The notes beneath the pieces were generated by a model. The model was not told the origin of the DNA and ran no database searches. It saw only the letters and a list, made by a program, of their open reading frames with translations. From positions 235,724,001 to 235,788,000 of the forward strand of contig CM097885.1 of assembly GCA_044892525.1 (NCBI GenBank): 64,000 bases of DNA, written 5' to 3'. Of the stretch, positions 59,480 through 64,000 are shown one piece after another (positions within the stretch are counted from its first letter, which is position 1; every line of letters begins with the position of its first letter). Source of the stretch: Schmidtea polychroa (taxonomy: Eukaryota). Position numbers and translations under genes: made by a program.

Positions 59480-61350
59480 AGTGTTCTAAGGAGAATTACA
59501 CTTCTTGATAATATTGTTTCTCTCACAAATTTTTTATTGCCTCATTTATTTCCCCTTCCATGTTGACTGGTTGTCTCTATGGTTAAATATTTACCTTTTT
59601 TAGTTGAGTATCTATTCTATGCTTAAATAACTTTGTTCAAACTATGTCCATTTATCAGAGTTGAAAACATTTTGATTATTCCTTTATATAGTCTAGTAAT
59701 ACCTAATTATCTATTTTTAATGTATTCTTTGTTCGTCCCATCTCTGTTTTTGTCTTCACAAATTTTGCTTCGATACGGCATATGTAATCTTGCTTTGTTA
59801 ACTCAATATCTCTATTGACCACTTTAGTTTGAAACTCTACCACCAATCACCTCTTCTATTATCCTAAACTTTACCCTTTTCTGTCTGAAATTTATTTTCA
59901 TTTATAATATTGTTTTACTTTTCGTTTCTAAAACACTATTATTGGCGCATCTCACTCTATTCGTTGTTGTAATTAGTTCTATATCTTTCAGTTTTGCGAA
60001 TTTAAGTTAACTATGACATTTACTGTAGCTTCTGTATCGAGCAAGCATTCCATTTTCCAAGCATAAGCATTTTAATAGTCACCCTTGACCGGACTTGCAT
60101 TTAATCACATCTGACACTTCCATTTTCAATTCTTCTGATGTGAGTATTTTAATCTTTTCAATTTTCTGCTAAATCTTTTTTTAGAAATCTGTTTACTTCA
60201 CACATTATACGCTTATCATTTTCCAGCACTTCTGTATCTATTACATCTTTATCTGTAATATATAATATTCTACTTTTGCTATAATAATTGATACTTTGGG
60301 AGTTAGCATGCACTGTCAGGACTATCCTCTTCTATCGAGTCATCAACTTTTGGGTTTTCTCTGTAATTATCTTTTGTTCTTTCATCTTTGGTTCGTCTAT
60401 ATATACCATATATATCTTATTTACTGGTCTTTTCTCATCTATCTTTTCTAGATAACCGGTATTTACGTCCTATTGCCCCTCTTGTCTTCTGAAATTATCA
60501 TGGGTTCTACTATATCTCATTCTCTCGAATTCTGTATAGCATTTTGTCTCTTTATGACCACCCGACTGTGCATTTCTTGCACCTTATTTCTTGACAATGT
60601 CTTCTTACGTGCCCCGAAGTACCTAATTCATAGGACTTGATTACCTTTCTCTACATGAGTGGATACTCGCTTCTTTCATGCCCTTGCATTTCGCCTGCAA
60701 AACATGTAACTGTCTTTTTCTATGTGCCTTCTCTCCTAAAATGTCCAACATTCGGCTTTTGATGAATTAGATCTTTCTCCTTCATCTCCTATCGGCTCAT
60801 TATTATATTTAGGTGACCCATCATTTCTTGATGGGTTTTTAATCACATCTCTGTAACTTCTTGGGATACTCAGATTTTTTGCTTAACTTCAACTGTTACT
60901 TTAATGTCACTTAAACGCTACTCTCTCATCAAAGTTTTCTCGACAGCACAATGTATTAACAGATATTCTGTTAAACTTTCTTTGTTCAATTCGTGCCCCT
61001 GTATTTTATATACTATTTCGTCTATGATCGTAAAATAGCTTTCGAGTTCCTCGCTCGTTTGTTTAAATGTCAAAGCTGCTTGCAAGTCCTTTACCAATGT
61101 TGCTTTCCTTACGCAGACTTTCCTTATAACACTTGACGTTTGGGTCGACTCCTTTATACATTTACCTTATTGCATTATTGATCAATAATTCGACAATTAT
61201 ATGTTTTTTCGAAACTTTAAAATACTTTTCACATTCTTTGATGAATTTTTCTACATTAAATCATATAGAAATAATTTTTTTACGAGGAATTCCATCAGCG
61301 CGTTCGAACTTCTTCTAGATTGTTTTCCGTTTAAGTCGAAGACATAATTC
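59480..61350 (-). mobile_element. Old degenerate gypsy related to 37742-42741 (gag, protease, start of RT)
   Basis: VEKFIKECEKYF, decayed knuckles (VTCFA..QGH; GHVRRHC..RCKKC), MECLLDTEATVNVI, VRCANNS and RQPVNMEGEINEAIKNL. Confidence 0.8.
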
Positions 61351-61750
61351 AAAATCTATTAATAGCACAATAATGTTTAATTCTTAATCAAAATTTACAA
61401 CAAATTTGTAGTTTCGAACAAATTTTTTTTAAATATTATCAAAAAATTTAACATATATTTTTGAATTTACTATAAAATTCTAACATTTAAATATTTTTTC
61501 ATTTAATTAATATTAAAAACTAATTTCGGATTTTTATAATATCATTATTTACGATTTCAATATATTTTAAACTATTTTAACAAAATATTTAAAATATTTA
61601 ATTCTCAGTTTGAAAACACTTTATAATTATTATTATATTGTTTATTATTATTATTTATTTGATCAGTGTAACGTTCTTATATTTGAATAAATAGTTAAAC
61701 ATACATGGCAATGATCTAATTATAAGATAACGCCAATCAAACATTCTTTT

Positions 61751-61789
61751 CACGATATATTTCGACAGTTTTCCTGTCATCATCAGGTG
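61751..61789 (-). ncRNA. Minimal type I hammerhead ribozyme in the inverted pLTR
   Basis: On minus: CAC CTGATGA T GACAG GAAAA CTGTC GAAA TATA TC GTG, with a palindromic ATATAT stem III. Confidence 0.75.
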
Positions 61790-62033
61790 GGATATAATAA
61801 CTAATTAAATTATTGATTTTAAACAAATTTATTAATTATATATAAAAAATTTTTTTTTATTTTATAAAAACATTTAATTATTTTTAAAAAATTATACTTA
61901 AATTAATGTTATTTTTTTAAAATTTTAACATTCAAAATTTAATTTAATAATTTAAAAATTTTTATTCATTATTTAATTTTTAACAACAATCAATACTGTT
62001 GACAAATTTATTAAAAATCCTAAGGATCCATGT

Positions 62034-62498
62034 TTGAGAAAATCTGGGTGTGGTGTTGTTGAGGTGTGTGAGTCTGATGAGTTAAATAAATTAAATAGTG
62101 TGAGCAAGGATGATGAGCCTAAATTTGTGTTAGTATTGCCGTACTCAGAAGGTTTGAAGGATTATAAAGTGAAGATAAGAAAGCAGTTTGGGAATTTAAA
62201 CTATAGGATAGTGTCAACTTCATGGAAATTACGCAATATGTTTATTAATAAGTCAAAAACTCCGGTCGAATTGTGTTCCGATCTCGTTTATCAGTTTACA
62301 TGTAATGGGTGTAATGCCACATACATTGGAGAGACTTCCAGTCATCTCTGTATTCGAGCTCGAGAACATTGTAGACCGAAGGCCCATATCGGTGAGCACA
62401 ATAAGGGCTGCAAGATTAAAATAGGTATGTCTGATTTTAAAATTTTATTAAAAAATTTCGATAATTATTGGGAACGTGTATTTGTGAGGCGTTGTTGA
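62034..62498 (+). pseudogene. Penelope-type GIY-YIG endonuclease domain
   Basis: LVLPY, VYQFTCNGCNATYIGETS.HL..RAREH and DFKIL. Confidence 0.9.
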
Positions 62499-62780
62499 TA
62501 AAATCATTGAATCCGAAAATTAATGTGCAGAATGCAGTAAATAAGTTTTTAAATAGGTTTTTTTATATTGTATGTATTGATTGTTGTATTAAATTAAATA
62601 ATTAATAAAAATTTTTTAAATTATTAAATTAAAATTTAAATGCTAAAATTCAAAAAAATAATATATTAATTTAAGTATAATTTTTTAAAAATAATTAAAT
62701 GTTTTTATAAAATAAAAAATTTTTTTATATATAATTAATAAATTTGTTTAAAATCCTTAATTTAATTAGTTATTATATCC

Positions 62781-62819
62781 CACCTGATGATGACAGGAAA
62801 ACTGTTGAAATATGTCGTG
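62781..62819 (+). ncRNA. Minimal type I hammerhead ribozyme in the pLTR
   Basis: CAC CTGATGA T GACAG GAAAA CTGTT GAAA TATG TC GTG. Confidence 0.72.
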
Positions 62820-64000
62820 AAAAGAATGTTTTATTGACGTTATCTTATAGTTCTTATATTTATTCCCCACTTTCCCTGCGTTTAATTTATATTGAATCTG
62901 TTATAGGACCTGATAAATCGTGGGGAGGGAGTCCATCAGAATTGAAAATATAACCTTATATGCTTGTAAATATTGTCTTCTACGAGTCATTAGAGAAATC
63001 TGATTTTGGTATTTTTACTCGTAATTTAAATGATAAAAAACAAGAAATATGTTTAATAAAGATGAGAGTACAATTCATATATTTGTTAAGTTTGAAAATA
63101 ATAAAAATAAATCAAACCAATTCTCTATAGTACGATTTGAAGAATCTTACTATAAAGATAAACAATTAAGAAATTAGAAAATTAAAATTGACAAACGAAG
63201 ACAATACTAGCAATGAAATGATACATTTCAATGAATCCAGATTGCCTACATAAGTTGGTCATATATTTCACATTCTGATTTTGACAATATCATACAGCAG
63301 GGTTTTTCAATTAGCGACCCGTGAACCTATGCCAAAATTTTAAGGATTTTTTAAATATATGTTTTTGAATTATTAGAATTATAATTATATGAATTTATAT
63401 CTATAATATATATATTTTTTCATTTTTTCTTATTTGTCATATTGAATAAATTTTATAATTTACAATGTAAATTTTTAATTCACTTTTAAAAGCTTACAAA
63501 ATACACCGTTGCACATGTATAATTTAAAAAAATTTATTAAATCTGCTCATCTGTCCACTTCCCCAAACCACTCCTCCGGGCATCTTACCCGCTAACATCT
63601 CCAGATTGCTCTAGGTTGGCTCTTGACTAAATCTAATTGAATAGCCCTGTCATACAGTGATTATAGTTTCATTTTTGTTATATTTTGTTGTATTTTATAT
63701 AAGACAAACACCCACATAAGAACATATAAAAGCATTTTACATACACAAACACCCCAATTGTCGCGATACATTTTTTAAAGAATATTTTGATTTTACCTCA
63801 AATCCTGACATCAATTAATTACAGTTCCAATAATCATGAAAAGAATCATTCATCTTCATAACATAACTAAGATCATATTATTTCATTGTTTACTTTTGCA
63901 TCAGTATTCAGATCTTCATAAAGAAATTAGTGAACAATGTCCCATCGTTCCTAAAGATACATTCACATACACCCGACGGGAATTGCATGAATGTTTAATG

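Larger units (their letters stand above)
61721..62849 (+). mobile_element. 5'-truncated Penelope-like element with inverted pseudo-LTRs
   Basis: About 300-bp inverted repeats (61721-~62020 and ~62545-62849) flank a GIY-YIG ORF. Confidence 0.88.

Overview
This is AT-rich eukaryotic DNA, almost certainly animal, judging by its mix of BEL/Pao, Tigger, Buster-hAT, Polinton and Penelope elements. The species cannot be determined from the sequence. It is a draft assembly with two N gaps, and nearly the whole window is nested, partly decayed transposons. The best-supported elements are: (1) an otherwise intact hAT (557-6316) split in frame by an internally deleted hATm-type element (1638-4149); (2) a decayed piggyBac (~9626-16787) enclosing an unexplained ~4 kb island with two GC-rich orphan ORFs; (3) a degenerate gypsy pol followed by an env-like glycoprotein and a DEDDh exonuclease fragment (18.4-22.3 kb, minus); (4) an internally deleted BEL/Pao whose gag is preceded in frame by a ubiquitin domain (23.7-26.75 kb, minus); (5) a Polinton remnant with integrase-chromodomain and PX (34.4-36.8 kb); (6) a young, near full-length Ty3/gypsy (37742-42741) with a candidate -1 frameshift signal; (7) three ~95%-identical RING-H2 genes; (8) actin, cold-shock and WD40 gene fragments behind a shared upstream motif; (9) a Tigger split by a solo LTR; and (10) a Penelope-like 3' end with inverted pLTRs, each carrying a minimal hammerhead ribozyme. 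Several MITEs and solo LTRs have readable target-site duplications. No rRNA, tRNA gene or CRISPR array was found. All family assignments come from motif recognition by eye, not database searches.
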